From the human T2T-CHM13v2.0 reference genome, Homo sapiens, in assembly GCF_009914755.1 (NCBI RefSeq), contig NC_060939.1: a stretch of 64,000 nt of DNA, one strand, 5' to 3'. The first letter of the stretch is position 1. Each line of letters begins with the position of its first letter. A program made the position numbers and the translations under genes. This document shows, in pieces, positions 61,769-64,000 of this stretch. Below the pieces are notes generated by a model that made no database searches, was not told the DNA's origin, and saw only the letters and a program-made list of their open reading frames with translations.

Positions 61769-62408
61769 AGCTGAGACATTCTTAAGGAAGAAAAGCAAGG
61801 TGGAAATAAATATTTGTCCTGTACGATGTTGAGACTTAATACATCACTAGAATGATTAAGAAGGTATAAGGTTGGCTCAGGGATAGACAAATAGACCCGT
61901 AGTACAGAGAGAGAGCCCCAAAATACACCTAGACACATATGGATACTTGATATACAACAGAGTTGGCATTGCCAATAAGTCATGAAACGATGGCTTTTTC
62001 ATGAAAGGTGCTGAGACAATTGGGATTTCTTATAAAAGAATAAAACCCAAAATGGTCCTATACCTTACATTACACTAAAAAATCATTTATAGGTAAATTA
62101 TATGTGAAAAGCAAACCTGTAATGCTTTTAGAGGATAATATAGCAGATATCTTTAAGACTTGGGAATATGGAACTATTTCTTAAATATTACATTAAAGCA
62201 TCTAGCCATAAAGTAGAAGATTAATAAATAAGGCAATATTAAAACTAAGAGCTTCTATCATCAAAAGACACAAGACTGGGAGAATATATTCACAATATAT
62301 ATAATTGGTGAAAGATTAATCTCCGAATATATATATTTATATAGTTTTTAAAATGCCTACTTATCATTGAGAATAAGGCAGACAACTCAGTAGAAACATG
62401 CACACAGG

Positions 62409-62680
62409 GGCCGGGTGCGGTGGCTCACGCCCCCAGCACTTTGGGAAGCTGAGGAGAGCGGATCACGAGTTCAGGAGTTCAAGACCAGCCCGGCTAACAC
62501 GGTGAAACCCCGTCTGTACTAAAAATACAAAAAAATTAGCCGGGCGTGGTGTCACGCCCCTGTAGTCCCAGCTACTCCGGAGGCTGAGGCAGGAGAATCG
62601 CTTGGACCAGGAGGCGAAGGTTGCAGTAAGCCGAGATGCGCCACTGCATTTCAGCCTGGTGACAGAGCGAGACTCTGTCT

Positions 62681-62711
<31 letters not shown>
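62409..62711 (+). mobile_element. AluS/Y-like
   Basis: Dimer, long A-tail, TSD agaaacatgcaca. Confidence 0.9.
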
Positions 62712-62715
<4 letters not shown>

Positions 62716-62985
62716 GAAAGAAAGAAAAAAAGAAACATGCACATAGGAGTTGAATAGACAACTCAACAAAGAGGCATTCCAGATGTCTGATAAACATATG
62801 AAAGGTGTCATCTTCATTTGCATTCACGGAAATGCACCTTGAAACAACAGCGAGATACCCTACAATCCCAATAGGCTGGCTAAAATTACGAAATCTAAAA
62901 TAAGTTTGGGAACTCAAAAGCATTGCTAGTGTGAGCACAAATTGGCAAAACAACTTTGGAAAACAGCATGACATTATGGCATAGT

Positions 62986-63688
62986 TGTCAACGTATTGCT
63001 TCTCAGCTCAAATTCACTTTTCAATACAAGCTTTGAGATGAGGGAATTTCTTTAAGCATTTCTCCTCTAAAGTGAGCACGATGTTGAGCTTTCTCAGTAG
63101 AGGGCGCTAGGCAGGTGTTGCGGGAGGGAGGGGCGCTTCTGCAGTTTCTGGCGGAGGCTCAGTGGTCAACCGTGCGGGTGGGAAGGGGTCGGGTGGATTC
63201 TGCCCTTCCATATGCCCAGAGTTCCAAGTCCCTCAGCGACTTCACAGCCCCCTTGTCTGCTCAACACGGTCACTATGTGTTTCAGGCGCCCTCAGGCCTG
63301 TTGCACAGTCACACGCAGGCCACCAGCTGCGGCTCCCCTGCCCAGCCTGCACTTTGGAGGGTTGTTTCCTGTTTTTTTTTTCCACCACTGCAAACCATCA
63401 AATTTCTCTGCCATCCAGTGGGTTCAACTACACCTTCTCCAACGAAGTCAGAACCACAGTTTTGGAGAGGGAGCCCCTTGCAAGTTTATTCTTCCTTGGG
63501 TAACTCTCTCTTGGCCCCAAGGCACCATGAAAGTTTTCTTATTTTCTATAGCTACTCCTTTATCCCAACTTAATAATTCTTTATATTAAACTCTCCCTTT
63601 GCGGTAGGAGTTTATATTAAACTAAACCCTTTGTGTTTAAAATAATTGCGTGGTTTCTATCTTCTGATTGGATCCACCCTGCTAAGTA
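62986..63688 (+). mobile_element. LTR41-family (ERVL) solo LTR
   Basis: 5' tgtcaacgtattgcttctcagctcaaattcac...cagtagagggcgct and 3' gtggtttctatcttctgattgga resemble the recalled LTR41 consensus. Confidence 0.72.
63094..63110 (+). promoter_or_regulatory. CTCF core motif
   Basis: TCAGTAGAGGGCGCTAG matches CCASYAGRKGGCRS at 13 of 14 positions. Confidence 0.65.
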
Positions 63689-64000
63689 TTGAGAATGTGC
63701 CATACAATTCCACAGCAATTCCACTTCTAATTATCTTTTCTAGAGGAGATTTTTGCACACGTGCATTAATTCACAGGAACCAAAACGTTTATAGCAGCAA
63801 TTTGCATAAAAGCCAAATTCTGAAAATAACTCAAATGTTCATGAAGAGAGAACAGATAATTAAATTGTTACAGTCCTACAAGGAAATGAAAATCAGTGAA
63901 CTACAGCTAGACAGAACAAAATGGATGAATGTCACAGACAATGTTCAGTGTGAAAGAAGCAGGTTACAGGTTGGTGTTTACTATATAATCCCATTGATCC

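Overview
Human/primate genomic DNA, dense in Alu, L1, LTR and Tigger elements. The only well-supported gene is on the minus strand: a CpG-island first exon (donor after 46293) spliced to a 133-nt second exon (33994-33862). Together they encode MRRLEGLCLRRRRRRRGPARERSGDKMKYQKYLTVLQMAIGVTPSNRGSLLPLKRKL/WVTPSSENPNGATSSVSQGKPSLRRIKGRLHRSKSLDSMDFCELT. From memory, this is the N-terminal extension of the long, distal-promoter isoform of TJP1 (ZO-1, 15q13.1), which continues into ...STAMEETAIWEQ outside the window. Positions 1-33861 would then be intron 2, 33995-46292 intron 1, and >47 kb upstream intergenic sequence. Nearly all ORF-track entries are artefacts of Alu/L1 sequence, GC richness or simple repeats. 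The most notable items are: an in-frame 4-codon uORF followed by a ladder of in-frame ATGs; a SIK/AMPK-like motif in exon 2; a 2.5-kb CCA/CCT array with ~432-438-bp higher-order units; a truncated AluYb8-type insertion; an orphan polyadenylated insert inside an MLT1; a sense-oriented MER41A LTR; and an LTR41 carrying a CTCF motif. I see no convincing wholly new biological system. Repeat boundaries and subfamily calls were made by eye and are approximate.
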